Shown here piece after piece: positions 1 through 13,619 of a stretch of DNA of 63,025 bases; the first letter of the stretch is position 1, and each line of letters starts with the position of its first letter. A program made the position numbers and the translations under genes. Under the pieces are notes generated by a model. It saw only the letters and a list, made by a program, of their open reading frames with translations, made no database searches and was not told the origin of the DNA. The stretch is from assembly GCA_053919585.1 (NCBI GenBank), contig CM132786.1; one strand, 5' to 3'. This DNA is from Euprymna scolopes. Lineage: Eukaryota.

Positions 1-1815
1 TTGTCGGGTTTGTTGAGAGTATTCATGTCAAGGGGGTACGAGTGCTTGTAGTTCGTCAGAGCATTCACCATTAAAATACTTGTAGAACAGGCAAAGGGAT
101 GCAACATTTCGTCGATGGGACAGAGTCTAAAGCCTAGATGACAGTTCAAGACCTATCAGGTTGGTGACTCTCTTTTGAACCCTGTCCAGGAGTGAGAGAC
201 AAGTAACAGATGCACCAACCCAAATGTGACAACAGTACTCCATACATGGGCGAATGGTTGCCTTATAGAGGTACAGGATGCTTTCAGGCATTAGTAGTTT
301 TCTAGTGCAGTAGAGAGAACTCACCTTCTTTGCAGCAACCCTGGCAATGCTCTCAATGTATGTATTCCAGTTCATGTTCCTTGTAAGTATTAGGCCAAAG
401 AGTTTAAAGGAAATACTTTTGGGTAATGTGTTCTTGGCCATTGCTATTGGTGGTAGAGAAGGCTTCTTGTAATTAGTGAAGGAAACAAGCTTTGTCTTGG
501 CAGCATTGAATGTGACCGTCCATTTTTGTCCCCATTCCACTACAGATTGGAGGGCATCCTCTAGTGTTTCTGCCATTTCCTTAGATATGTGTTCATTTGT
601 TTTCCCCTCGTGCCTGTTATAGAGAATGGTGCCATCAGCAAATATACCCATCTCAGAGACCATTTCATCAGGGAGGTCATTTATGAATATCAGGAACAAC
701 AAAGGTCCAAGGATAGACTCCTGAGGTACTCCCGCATTTATATCATATTGTTTGGATGTACGACCGTCAAGGACAATCTGGATTTTTCTCTTACTTAAGA
801 AGGATTAACTTACATTATGTATTCTTCCAGTGATACCATATGATCTAATTTTCCTTAGAAGACCCTGTCAAAAGCCTTAGATATATCGAGGGCTACCACT
901 CTATCCTCCCCTGTTTTTTCCAGTGAACAGTATATATGTTCAGAGATTACAGCTGGGATATCTGCTGTAGAATGGGCTTGCCTAAATCCATATTGATTAT
1001 CGGTCAGGAGTTTAGCAACTGTAAGGTGATGTACTCGAGCTTGATTAATTAAGGACTCAAATATTTTGGTGAAAAGTGGGAGAAAGCTAATGGGGCGATA
1101 ATTTAATGGGTCAGTTCTTTCGCCAGAATTCTTGAAAACTGGTACCACAGAAGTGGTTTTCCAGTAGTCAGGAAAAGCAAGAGTTGTTAAGGTATTTGTT
1201 GTAAAGCTTGGAGAGAACTGGAGAAACCTTAGCAGAGCATTTTTTTAAAAGCACAGCTGGGATGAGATCGAGTCCACATGCTTTTGGGGTGTCTAGGTTT
1301 TTTATGATACCATGTACCTGGGAAGGGGTGCTTTTCAAATCATCTAGTGTGGCGTCTGTCTGCAAAGGAAAGTCAGGGAGGGAGTGGTGTGTCGGGTCCA
1401 ATGTGGAGTTTGAGGCAAACCAACTGGCAAGGAGATTAGCCTTCTTAGTTGCTGTGCAAACAACCTCATGATTGTTTGATAGTGGGGGAATCGTTGACTG
1501 CCCATTATTTACTACACTGTTGTAGATTTTCCAAAAATCACGGGTTCCTAATTTCTGTGCTTCAATGCGTTTTCTGGTTGTTTCAGTTTATTCTGTCTTA
1601 GCTGTCGCTATTTCTCTTTTACAATTACTTCTAGCTTCTATATACTTCTGTCTGTTTGAACTGGACTTATGTCAGTTGAATCTGTGATACGCATGCTGCC
1701 TTTGAGCAATGGCAGCTGCACAAGAAGTAAACCATTGGGAGAGCGTGGCTTGCTATAGAATTTCCATGTGGGAACATGTGCTTCAATTGCAGTTTTGAAC
1801 CATTCAGTCGTCTCA
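1..1815 (-). mobile_element. Decayed CR1-like (CR1/Zenon-type) non-LTR retrotransposon ORF2, continuing off the left edge
   Basis: Broken minus-strand ORFs with RT motifs YRPISFLP, QYGFRQ, ALDISKAFDRV, LFLIFINDL, mutated FADG (YADD) and LYKATIRPCMEYCCHIW; several stops and frameshifts; same family as 6645-7960. Confidence 0.9.
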
Positions 1816-2807
1816 GTTGTGCCGAGTTTAATTCTTTGTATCTTTTTAAGGTTAAAGACTAATTTTTTAAAAACGTTACCATAACATTTACTTTTTACTT
1901 TAAAAAAGTTGCCGTAGCTTCATTTGTTTTTTAAAATGATTTTATCTAATGAAAATATCGTTAGTTCGTTGGTTTTAGCGTCGCAAATTGTGATATGAAA
2001 ACAGAAACGATGCTCTTAATTGTCGCGTAAAGACATTTTTGTATTATTAATGTTATCAACTTTGTTACATAAAAAAAAATTCGTCGCAGCTTTCTTTTTT
2101 TAATGCTTTAATTTAATTAAAAAAAAATATATCGTCGAATTGAGCTTCCAAAATTATGAAATGAATAAAAAATGAACGAATCTCTTAGTAAACGAGAGTT
2201 GTCTCTCTCTACACAATGACAAATTGTAAAACAGCGCCAAAATGTTTATGCTTTTTAGAGATCGGTTATTCTAAAAAGTACTTTTTTTCCCCGTTTTTAA
2301 CTTTTGAAGGGAAATTTTTGAAAATTCACCGGTTTTACAGAGAGTAAAAAAAAAAAAACAAACAAAAAAAAAATTAAGACTTTTTTTTTAGAATCTTTCT
2401 TCTTGAGAATATTGAAAAATTACGATGAATACATTTTATTTTACAAGTTATTATTTGTTATGGGGATTGAAAAATAAATCCACCTTTAACTATGTCATAC
2501 CTACGTGACAACTAATCCAAGCTTCCAAACCTCATCCCTATGAATGGAATTTTCTGAGCTCCCTGAATCGACGCGATATCTAAATGTAAATATTTTGTCA
2601 TTTTTCTTAATGTTCTACCCTTTATGCTCTTGTATCATCACATACTTTAATATGAAGTGCGTATTGTTACGAATTATTGAGCCATAAAACAAAAAAGTTA
2701 TAGAAAATAGTTCGGGTTTGTCTTCCTTACATTTGGTAATGGTAAAGTTATTCCCCTTCTTCTTTTAAAACAAGGGAGACAATCACGGGTATTTCCTGGT
2801 TGTCAAC

Positions 2808-2927
2808 ATGTCGACGACGACAAAAACACCAGAAGAAATTGAAATTCGAAAGTTGCGAAAGAAATTGCGACAAATTGAAAATCTTGAAAGACACGACAGA
2901 GAACTTTTCGAAGAGGAAGTTATTAAG
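2808..2927 (+). CDS. WD40 gene coding exon 1 (MSTTTKTPEEIEIRKLRKKLRQIENLERHDRELFEEEVIK)
   Basis: ATG in context caacATGt, 40 open codons, donor AAG|GTGAGT; sits in a locally CpG-richer region; continues in frame into exon 2. Confidence 0.85.
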
Positions 2928-4068
2928 GTGAGTTGATTTTGCCTTTCGCATTCTTTTCGCTTCATATCAATTTGTTTTCTAATATAATTTGCTAGGCGTG
3001 AGCTTGTTTATGAATAGTTTCGTATTTAAAGTTTTGGATCGTCTAGATATGGAGACTTTCGAAAACTAAAATTATAAACCCAGCTGGAAAGATCTTCATT
3101 AACTTCCTTTGTGATAATCTCGGATCAATACGAAAATGCCACGTGTCAGTCAGTGCGCTGTGACATTGTCACATTACCTTTACTTTTTGTTGTTGTTCCG
3201 GAATCTTGACACCCATGTCATCCAACATTTTAAACGTCTACGAAACAAAAGAGGCATAAACACAATCAAATGAATTCATTAATAAACACAAATAAATTCA
3301 TTAATGATCGTCAATGTTTACATGCTTTTTATTTTATACGCAAGTATTCCCTCACCCCCGTTTAGTTTCAACAAGACAACCCCTCTCTGTCAACCCGTGC
3401 GTGCGCCGTGCAATAGGGTCGATTTTTGCCTAATACGTGATGGAAAAAGTTCCAAACATAAAAATAATTCGCATTTTCATCACTTCAGATAAAAAAAATA
3501 GAAACTTCGGTGCTAATGCAGAGAGTGCACTTGCACTGATCTGCGCTATTTTTTAAATCGTATTTCCAGGTTTAATTAAAGGTTTATGATACGTTTTTTT
3601 ATTATTATTCAATTGTAAGGTTAAAGTACAGAATAGGCACAAAACACCCTCCCCATGTTAAGAATGGCTTTTTAAATAATAACCTTATTATTTCCGCACG
3701 TATCAATGATCCGATCCGTCGGATACTCTCTGCATGAGTACCGAAACTTTAATATTTATTTTTAGAATTTAAAACTTTATAAGGGTTCGTATTATTATAC
3801 ACATAGATTCGAAAAAGTTGTCAAAAAACAAATATATAACAAATAAATGTTATCAAAGGCAAGATAAGTTACTTTTCTGCCTAACTGGATATATTTTTAG
3901 TGTTTTTATTTAATGTAACATGTTTATTCAGCTCGAAAAACACAGTGTTTACTGATGTATTGGAAAATTTAAAATAGCGCCCGACTCTCTCTTTGACACG
4001 GTAAGTTTGGGAAAAGGAGTTAAAAAAACAACTGTAAATATTACCTTACGCAACAACAGAACACGAGT

Positions 4069-4109
4069 CAAATTAGAGTGGTCGTGTTCAACACGACCAC
4101 TCTAATTTG
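4069..4109. repeat. Perfect palindrome, 20-bp arms with a 1-nt spacer
   Basis: caaattagagtggtcgtgtt-c-aacacgaccactctaatttg. Confidence 0.95.
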
Positions 4110-4542
4110 TTTCTTTTTAGGGGCAATCGAGGTCGCTGACAACGAATCTGATAATCAAACCCGCCGCAAATTTACCGTTTGTATGGTATGAACCCCTGGA
4201 CCTTGGGACTATTTCGTGCCATTTCACTGCCTTCGGTAGTGTTTTTCTTACACGCACGTTCGTAGAAAGACCATTTCAAATAAATTCAGAAAGTTTTCTG
4301 ATTGGTCCAAAATATAATTATTTGTTTTTATTCAGGATAATGTATGCACAGACAATGTGTACAAACGCATTTATGCATTTTGATTTTGTACATCGATGTG
4401 TAAATATCAACTACTACAGTGCCACACTGCCACAGTTCTTGCGGTGGGAGAAAACTAAATACCTTGAAAAGTAAGAAAAGAAAAATGCAACTATTTTTTT
4501 GTTTCAAACCAAAAATGTTTTCTTTTCTAACTAGTGTATTTA

Positions 4543-5810
4543 TAGGTGTGTCAGAAACTTTGTGAAAAATATTGAATAATTCGACCCCCTGTCTTTCTAA
4601 GCTTATAATTACTCGAAAAATGTAATTCAAACCCTAATTTATTTTTTTCAATTAAAGGAGCAAGGACCAAGGTTTCATTTAAAAAAAAAAACAAACAAAA
4701 AATACAAACAACGTGCTTAAAAAAAAAAAAGAAAAAAAAAGGTTTTAATTTTCGGACTTTACAGGTACATTTCCAAAAAACTGTTCGTTTTGTTTTGTTT
4801 TAAATTAGAATATATTATTTATTGATCTTTTATCTTCAATTTGTGATATATAAAACATATATAAATTATTTACTTTTTAATAGACATTTCAAAATAGGGG
4901 GGGCGTGAATTAAAAAAAAAACGTTTGTCTAAAATATATTCGCTTTTTTTTTTTTTTTTTTTACATGGGGGTCACCACTTATTAAGGCCTGAAAATCATT
5001 CAGGGATAAGGGTTATTGCGTGTACAGTAATCAATGAGATAGTATTGTAGTAATCATTAGTATTGGGGTTTTGATAGAGTGTCTTACTTAAGGGGACGGT
5101 TTGTCAGGATTTTGTTTATGTTGGACTTGAAGACGTCCAAGTTGTAGTCAGGTGGGAAACAGGCAAGCGGCAGAGAGTTCCACTGGCGTACAGTTCTAAG
5201 AAAGAAGCTTTGCTCATGGGATCTACGTTTGGATTTAGGCACAGATAAAGAGTGGGGAAATTTATTGACAGTAGTTTCAGCCAGACGGGTGTTTCTCATA
5301 AAAGATTGGCGAGGGGGGACGAGGGATTGGAGCTCAGACGAGCACCTGCCATGGAAATAACAATAAAACAAAGACAGGCTTACAACGTCTCTTCTGTGGG
5401 AGAGAGGTTGCAGGGAAGAGAAAAGGGCATCCCCCACTAAACCACGAAGTCTATTTTGTACTCTGTCAAGGCAGGATAGGCTGTTTATTGGAAAGAGCAT
5501 AAAATTTCACACTGACCCTGAAAATATCATAAAAATAGAATCAATAGAAAAATTTTGATAGATTTTTAAAGTTTAAAAATTGAAAAATACTGAACTCGCA
5601 AAATTCAATTAATTTCATTACTGTTTTTTAAAAAATAAAAAAAATAATATTTCTATTTTTTATACAACGTTAATAGTTTATTTTGGAAGTATAATCCATA
5701 AAGAAAATAAACAACCCACTTTTAAAAGAGAAATTACGAGTTTTTTATATTTTATTTGCAGTTTCGTGTTAGGGGTGTCAAAAATTCCTACAAAAATTCT
5801 GATACACCTA
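4543..5810. mobile_element. Non-autonomous TIR DNA element interrupted by a LINE 3' fragment
   Basis: Termini TAGGTGTGTCAGAA / TTCTGATACACCTA are inverted; the right part recurs at ~36195-36350. Confidence 0.6.
4944..5490 (-). mobile_element. 5'-truncated CR1-like LINE 3' end with poly(A) tail
   Basis: ORF LDRVQNR...LQPLSHRRDVVSLSLFY...FFLRTVRQWNSLP...FKSNIN; poly(T) at 4944-4962 on + strand. Confidence 0.85.
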
Positions 5811-6580
5811 GTGTAACAAAGTTTTATAACATGAATACTAAAAAATATAAGCAGGGAGATTTTATTCTGTACAGCTAAAAGAATCTTGAAAATTTGCAAA
5901 GTAGAAAACTCACTTTGAATGTTACACCGTTCAAGTTTCCGTATTGCAAAAATGATTGCAAGTTTAAGTGGGCTTCCAGATTTGGTAGAGGCCACTAGGT
6001 TATTTCCTTCATCTGTCGCAGGCTAAAGATTTTGTTGTTTGGTGCTTTCTCTTAGCAGAAAGATGAAAAATTCAATTAAGTTCTTTAGGTAAGTATACCA
6101 TCCTTGAGTGAATTTCCCTTATGAATGAATAATGACAAAGTCCTTCTAGACTGAGGAAGGAAGAAGTTTCGAATCTTGAAGAATCACAATTATCACAACA
6201 AGTTTAACATAGAATTAGATTCAGATATGTTTTCCAAACTAATATAAATCCCATAATGGCAGACGCTTTTGAGTTGCTTTTACTGCCTTCTGCATATGTA
6301 CCATGAGGGAATAATTTCCCTGAATCTGATTTTGATCTGATACTATCGGCTGCATGTTGTTGGGCAAAGGTTTTTCTGGAACTAGATTCTTGTTACGAAA
6401 AGACTCACAGGTCCTGTTTCGATGAAATTAAAACTGGAACTAAAAATGGCTCAATTCAGTTCATGCTTTTTTTGTTAAATCCCGTTTGAAATAAAATTGT
6501 GTTTTTCCATCCAAATAAAGAAAAAATTTTTTTCATGCAACAGTGAATTTTTAACAGTGAATTTCAACATAAGCTTTAAT

Positions 6581-8938
6581 AGTTATTTGGCAGTTGAACT
6601 CAGTGTATTCTTCTGTTATAAACACCTAAATGCAGTGTTTGAATGCTAAACTTCTGACCGACCAACAATATGGATTTAGACAAGCCCGTTCCACGGCAGA
6701 CATCCTCACTGTAATCTCTGAAGGCATATACCATTCACTGGACAAAGCGGGAGAGGGCAGAGCGGTAGCTCTAGATATATCTAAGGCTTTTGACAGGGTA
6801 TGGCATGAGGGTCTCCTCAGGAAGATTAGATCATACGGTATCACTGGTAGAATACTTAACATAATTAAATCCTTCTTAGATAAGAGAAAAATCCAGGTTG
6901 TCCTCGACGGTCGTACATCTAAACAATATGATATAAATGCGGGAGTGCCCCAGGGATCTATCCTTGGACCTCTGCTGTTCCTGATATTCATAAATGACCT
7001 CCCCGACAAAATTGCCTCTGAGATGGGTATATATGCTGATGACACCACACTCTATAGCAGGCACGACAGGAAAACAAATGAACATATATCTAAAGTAATG
7101 GCAGAAACACTAGAGGATGACCTCCAATCAGTAGTGGAATGGGGACAAAAATGGATGGTCACGTTCAATGCCGCCAAGACAAAACTGGTTTCATTCAATA
7201 ATTACAAGAAACCTTCTCTACCACCTATAGCAATGGCCAACGACTCTTTATCTGAGAGTACGTCTCTCAAGCTCCTTGGCCTAACGTTCACAGGAAACAT
7301 GAGTTGGAACAATTACATCGAGAGCATTGCCAGGGCCGCTGCGAGGAAGGTGGGCTCTCTACCGTGCTAGAAAACTTCTAACACCCGAAAGTATGCTGTA
7401 CCTCTATAAGGCCACTATTCGCCCATGTATGGAGTATTGCTGTCATATTTGGGCTGGTGCATCGGCTACTAGTCTCTCGCTCCTTGACAGGGTTCAAAAG
7501 AGAGTCGCAAATCTGATAGGCTCTAAACTGGCATCTAAGCTTCAGCCTCTGTCCCATCGTCGAAACGTTGCATCCCTCTGCCTGTTCTACAAGTATTATA
7601 ATGGTGAATGCTCTGATGAACTGCAAGCACTTGTGCCCCCACGACGTGAACACCCTCGACAGACCCGACAAGCTGCAAAATCCCACCCCCACACTGTAGA
7701 GATCCCTAAATGTAAAAGATCTTTCTACTCCAGTAGTTTTTTCCCCAGAACTGCTAGACTTTGGAATTCCATTCCAGGTCACTGCTTCCCCAACTGTACT
7801 GACATGCATAAGTTCAAGTGCAACGTGAACCAACATCTCGCTGCCCTAATCCCTACATAGTACCCCAGTAGATGTTTCCCCTGATAATAGCCCCCTACAC
7901 CAAAGTGGCAATGTGCCTTGTTTGGGGTGAAAATGTAAAAAAAAAAAAAAAAAAAAAAAAATCGTCACCATGTCTAAATGTTCTGACTTGTTTCTTTTCA
8001 TGTAATATATATGTTTATAAACTTTTATATTGAAAATAAATATAATAGATAATTTTGCTTTTTTTTTTTCCAACTTGTTTCTTTTTAGTGACTTAGTTAA
8101 CTACTTTATTTACTTATATATTGAAAATAAATATAATAGATAATTTTATTATTATTAATTTTTTTAATATTGAAAATAAATATTGTTTTATCATTTAATA
8201 TTATTTTTTTGTTTACTAAGAGTCTCTTCTTACAATTAAAAAAATATATTGTCTTTAAATAATTAACGAAATAATTAGTTATGTACATTTGTTTTTTCAA
8301 AACTTATGAATGTGAGAACCTAGCCATCTATGACGTTGGTTGCCACCAATTACCTTTGGTTAATCAAGTTTTGGAAACATTTAAATTATTGAATAGAAAC
8401 ACTTTTTGATGGACCATAAGTATAATTTTTTTTCATCCTGATGATCCAACTATATACACAAACATCATTGAAGGATTGTGACTAAGAGGTACAAAAGGTA
8501 CAAACTCTGCAAATTTCAACAATCGCATACAGGAATTTCTTCAGTGCTGCCAATTAAAATTTTTATTTTTCAGCAACATCATATATTGAATTCATATTTA
8601 TTGTATAGTTTAAAATTGAATTATTCATATGTCTGATTTTTTTTTAACTGTTTTCATTTGTTAATTTCTGTGAAAATATTCCTAGTTTTGTAACTATTAA
8701 ACATTCAGTAATTTCAGTTAAAATATTCACATCTGTAGAATTATTAAACATATCAAAAATTTATAAAAAATACATAAACATATTTAAAAGATTTTCACGT
8801 ATATTCTGATCTGTCAATACTTAAAAGAAATAAGTCAGAACTTTAACGCATGGTGACGATTTTTATTCAACCACTGCCTTGTTTCACTTTTACGTCTTTA
8901 TGACAGAAAGGTACAATGAGTTAAACTGCCAAATAACT
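6581..8938. mobile_element. MITE-like element with ~110-bp TIRs; left TIR split by a LINE insertion
   Basis: agttatttggcagttgaactca...gcagtgtttgaat|LINE|aaaaatcgtcaccatg...ttctgacttgtttc matches the reverse complement of 8822-8938. Confidence 0.7.
6645..7960 (+). mobile_element. 5'-truncated, relatively young CR1-like LINE (RT domain to 3' end)
   Basis: QYGFRQ, LDISKAFDRV, GVPQGSILGPLLFLIFINDL, intact YADD, one frameshift near 7360, stop at 7860, short 3' UTR and poly(A) 7937-7961. Confidence 0.93.
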
Positions 8939-10500
8939 GCTTTTAACATAATAAAAAAGAAAGAAAAAGTGACAATAATTGCAGAAGAATAGTAATGAAA
9001 ATATTGTTCTTTTTTTGTAATGTAATTTTTTGTAGCTTATATTTTTTGTTATTAATGTTATAAAACTTTCTTACATTAAATAAAGTAGTTGAAAAAATTA
9101 TTTTTTCTTACAATTAATCGGATGTTTTTTGTTATGAATATTATAAAATTTTGTTTAAGAAAAAATAGTTGCATTTTTCTTATAATTCCTCAAATATGTT
9201 TTTGTAAAAATTATAATTCTTTTGCAATTATCATTGCTTTTCTTTGTTAGTTTTAGCGTCCAAAATTCTCTTTGAAAAAAAAATGAATGAATCCCTTGAT
9301 AAAACAGTTATGTTCCTTAGAACAATGAGTTAAGCTTCCGAATTGTCAAAAAAGCATTATGATGTACGTATTCGTCATGGAATGAAAATGTCATATTCCA
9401 AAAAAGTACACAAATTGATAAAGTTTTTTTTTAATTAAGAAAATAAAATCAAAATTTTTTTAGCAATTAATAATAAAATAGCATGGTCCATAAATCTCGG
9501 TAGTAGAATTTTGTTGTCCGTCTTTGGATTTTAACACATTGTAAAAAAAAAAAAAAAAAAGTAGCGTCTCCAGATGCAGTCTCCCTCTGGGCTCACTCCT
9601 TTCTTCTAGGTATGTGCAAAATGAATGGCCGATTCCCAAAATGTATAAATATTTTGTTCTCTCTCTTCATTTCAAAATCCAGGAAATTCATCAATTTTAA
9701 TGAAATTTTCAGGATTGATTAATTAACGATCACAGAATAAAATTAACCTATTATGTTTTTTTTTTTAAATCTTATTGAAAAAATATTATTTTGTGCAAGC
9801 AAAAAAAACCCCACTTTTGCTAAAGTTTTAAGTACTAAAAAAATACACACGGATTTATTAAAGCATCGTAAATTTTAACACTTGAAAAAAACTTTTTTTT
9901 ATATCTTAGGAATATTACAAAAGCCCTTAAAATTCATGTTAATGGGATCAATATAAGTTAAAGAAAAATTGATTTCTTGAACTAACAATATTGTCATTAA
10001 ATTAGACATTACTTATTCGATATTTTCACCAAAAAGTAATATAATTACAAAAAAATATTTCATGTAATTTTAATGATAACAATTTTCATGTAAATTTCAA
10101 ATGTAATATTTCTTTGTATGTATGAACAGGTAAACATCAGCATAAGAATTTTTTTTATAATCTATACTCCTATAAATTCGTTTTTCTTTTGTGTGTATTG
10201 ATATTCATATTAAAAACCCTCTTTTCTATTAAAATACAGTTTTCTTATATATGGGTTGTGAAATTGCATTCACTAGTAAAAAATCTAGCTAATATTCTTT
10301 TAAACATTCATTTTAATTAATTCCCTATTAGTTTATTCGGTTTTCTTATGGGATGATCATCTTTAGTTAACTATTACGTGTAATTATATTAATGCAGATA
10401 TTCTACATGATTTATACTTGCATAAAAAAAAAAGTTTACAGTAAACACAAAATTGTTTCCATATATGTTTATGTATACGTATATATTTTTGTTTACTCTA

Positions 10501-10916
10501 TCTATTATCTATCTATTATATCTATAAAAATGAACGTGTCTGTGTACATTTCCCTACACAATAACTCTGTCAATTTTAAGTCTACAGACTCGAAATTTAA
10601 TTTACAGGGTACTGAGATTTGGGAAAATCTTTGTGATCGGTTTTTGGCCAGGAATTTGGCTGTTAAGGGGTCAGAGTTAAACGATTGGACCTTTGAGAAC
10701 TCTACCAAACTCCTCCGACAATTTTGGGTCTAAAAACTTGAAATTTTAGATATAGGTTCCTTGGACATGGATCTAACTTAATAACTTGATTTGAGCCCAA
10801 AACAATAAATGTTAAGGGGTCATAATAGGGGTTAAAGTTTAAAAAAAATTGACTTTTTTTTTTTTTGCTCAACATACACCTCCAAACACCCGGGAAATGC
10901 TGGGCTGAAATGCTAG
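10501..10916 (+). mobile_element. Non-autonomous Helitron-like element
   Basis: 5' TCTA(T)...TATAAAAATG start; 3' cccgggaaatgctggg hairpin followed by CTAG|T. Confidence 0.6.
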
Positions 10917-12699
10917 TTTTAAAATAAAATTGAAAAGATTGAGACCCAAGATCACTAAGAAAAAAATAATTAAATGAAAAAAAGAACATTTCTGCAAATT
11001 GTTAATTTGGAGAAATATGGATGAGCAACATTGTAAAAAAAAAAAGCAAAACAAAATAGAGAGAATTTGAATTCTACCCACTGTATTCTATTTTATTTAA
11101 ATATTTATTTACTTGTTCGACATACGGTATCACAAAAACCATCATCATAGCAAACATTAATTAACGAGAAACGAATTACCTCCCTTTTATAGTCACTCTT
11201 TATCAGTTAAAAATAATTAAAACCATTTCCTCTTCAAAAGTTTTCAAAATTAAAAAAACATGGCTGCCTGTTCACAGTTTCAAAGTGGTTATTTTATTTT
11301 ATAATTAAAAAAAATTGTGTTGGGAGGAGACTCAATTTTTTTATTATAGATTCTTTATAAAATGAAAATAAAAATGTGCAAGTGAATTGACATCTGTTCC
11401 TTTATAATTTATACTAAAAATTATTGAGAAATAAACCCCAAAATGTGTTGTGTGTCGAATTTTCATTGAAAGATAAAGTAAATTTTTAAAATTCTTTTTA
11501 GCTTTAAAAGGTTAAAAAAGAATTTAATAAAAAAAATAGGTTTAATTCATTGTTATTTGTTTTATTTTATATTTTATTCATTTTATATATAATGTGTTTT
11601 AACATTTTTTAACTACTGTGGAATTTCCATGGGTTTTGCTAGTTAATAAATAATTGTTTTAGCTTCAGTGTAATCAGTGATTGTCATTTCACACTTAAAA
11701 TGCAATTCACTTTTATTTAAAAAGGATTAATTTAATTTATTGTTATAACACATTTAAGAACAAATGGAGTTATCATGTAAAAAAGTAAATAAATATTCTA
11801 ATTAAAGAAACACTTCCTTTTTATTACAGCAAAATAAGATTACCTTAATTAATGAATATTTTTTTTAAATCTTAAAAAATACAGCCATTAAGGTGCAAAT
11901 TTCTCTATTAATTTAATAATAAAATTAAATTTTTGACATTTTGGGCTTCCATAGAAAATCTGTTCATCACCTTTTCATTTGTTTTTATTTAGTGATTGCC
12001 GGTTCCTGTTAAAAAAACTTACTTTTTGGTAATAGTTAAGCATTTATTTTGTAAAAATAAAGTGTTTTTTTATTCAGTATCTTAAGACTTTACTGGTTAT
12101 CTTTGAAATACTTACAGAAAACTAATATTTATCTTTCAAGGTATTCTAAATTTATTTAACTTTCAAATGTAGCTGAATTTCTGAGTTTTCGGAGCTGTTG
12201 TGAAAACATATTTCATTATAGCTTTAATTTTCCCATGTAAAAATAGTTTTTTTTCTTTTTAGAGATAAACTTTAGGGTATAATCTTTGAAACACGATCAA
12301 AAAGTGATCAGAAACTTACAAAAATATTATGATAAGCAGGTTTTCAAAACCATCCTGTCAGTTTTCACCATTAAATTGCATGTACCTAGCATTGCTTCCT
12401 GATACAATTTGATTTTTTAATTAAAAAAAAAATACTTGATCAATTTTATGTAATTTTTAAAATATAGCATCTTCATTCCGTGATGTGTACATACTTCTTA
12501 AAGATTTGTTTGCATTTTCTTTTCTTTTTTTTTTAGTGTAATTCTAAATAAACACTATAAAAATCTATTCTTACGGATCAACGACGATAACTTAATTTTA
12601 TAAAGTATGCACACAATTTCCATTTTTTTTTCACCGATTGTAGTTTCTTTTGAATCTATACAACTTTAAATATTATTTTCTAAAGTAAACCTTGATGAG

Positions 12700-12876
12700 T
12701 AGGGCTATGACAACAGCATATTCTTTTCGCTGTTTTCACTCTCGAGTATATATTCGACACATACACAGTAACTCGGCCAAGAACCACATTACTTTATATA
12801 AAAGCATATAAGATATCAACGGATATACACTCGAAGATCAAAACAATGAAAAGAATATGCTGTTGTCATCGCCCTA
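12700..12876. mobile_element. Small foldback MITE (TAGGG termini, hAT-like)
   Basis: tagggctatgacaacagcatattctttt... and ...aaaagaatatgctgttgtcatcgcccta form ~55-bp imperfect inverted arms. Confidence 0.75.
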
Positions 12877-13546
12877 ATTCTAAAAAAAACCCAAAGTTTT
12901 CTTTGTTTTTTCAGAATGAGTATATTTTACCCATTGTTTTGTTTTATTTTCTTTTTTTTTTGCTGCATAAATTTAGAAAGAAGGTGTTTTTCTAGGTAAC
13001 AACACTAATGAAAAATAACACAGCAAAAATGACACAAGTGGATCAATTGGGAAAAAAATGGCACAAATGAGGAATATAGATAAACATTAGTTTATAAAAA
13101 TCTTAGGCCTTTGTACATTTTAGATTTGGAGGATAATTTTTTTTGTTTTCATTTTTGGAGAATGCCAAGGGGGAGACAATTCTAGGAGTTCTTAAAGCTT
13201 ATTAACTTTTAATGTTTATTTTGATTTATTATGAAAGTTTAATTTTGTAAAATTTCGTTTTTTTTTTTTTTTTTTTTTTTTAAAGTCTTACATTTTTATA
13301 TTATGACCACTTTGATCAATTTCAGAATTTTCTTGGACTGTCTATTAAATTTTCGTTTTAAAAAGCTATACATTTTCAAAGAGGTTTATTTTGGTACTTT
13401 TGCATTTGCGTACCAGATTTCTGTAAATGTTGGCTTGGGCTCAACCAGCATCTGACCTAAGCCGTCAGAATAAAAAGAAAAACAAAAAATAGTTTTTAAT
13501 CACGCACAAATTTAATCGGTCAAATTCTAACCCTAAACTTAAATAG

Positions 13547-13585
<39 letters not shown>

Positions 13586-13619
13586 TTCAATGGTGTAAGT
13601 TCCATATAGAAACATTGAT

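Noticed and set aside
3138-3175. E-box CACGTG and palindrome tgtgacattgtcaca as regulatory sites
   Set aside because: Short motifs expected by chance; no conservation data available.
5815-6470. Possible transposase remnant on the minus strand
   Set aside because: Only faint fragments (e.g. CDNC) with many stops; too weak to assign.
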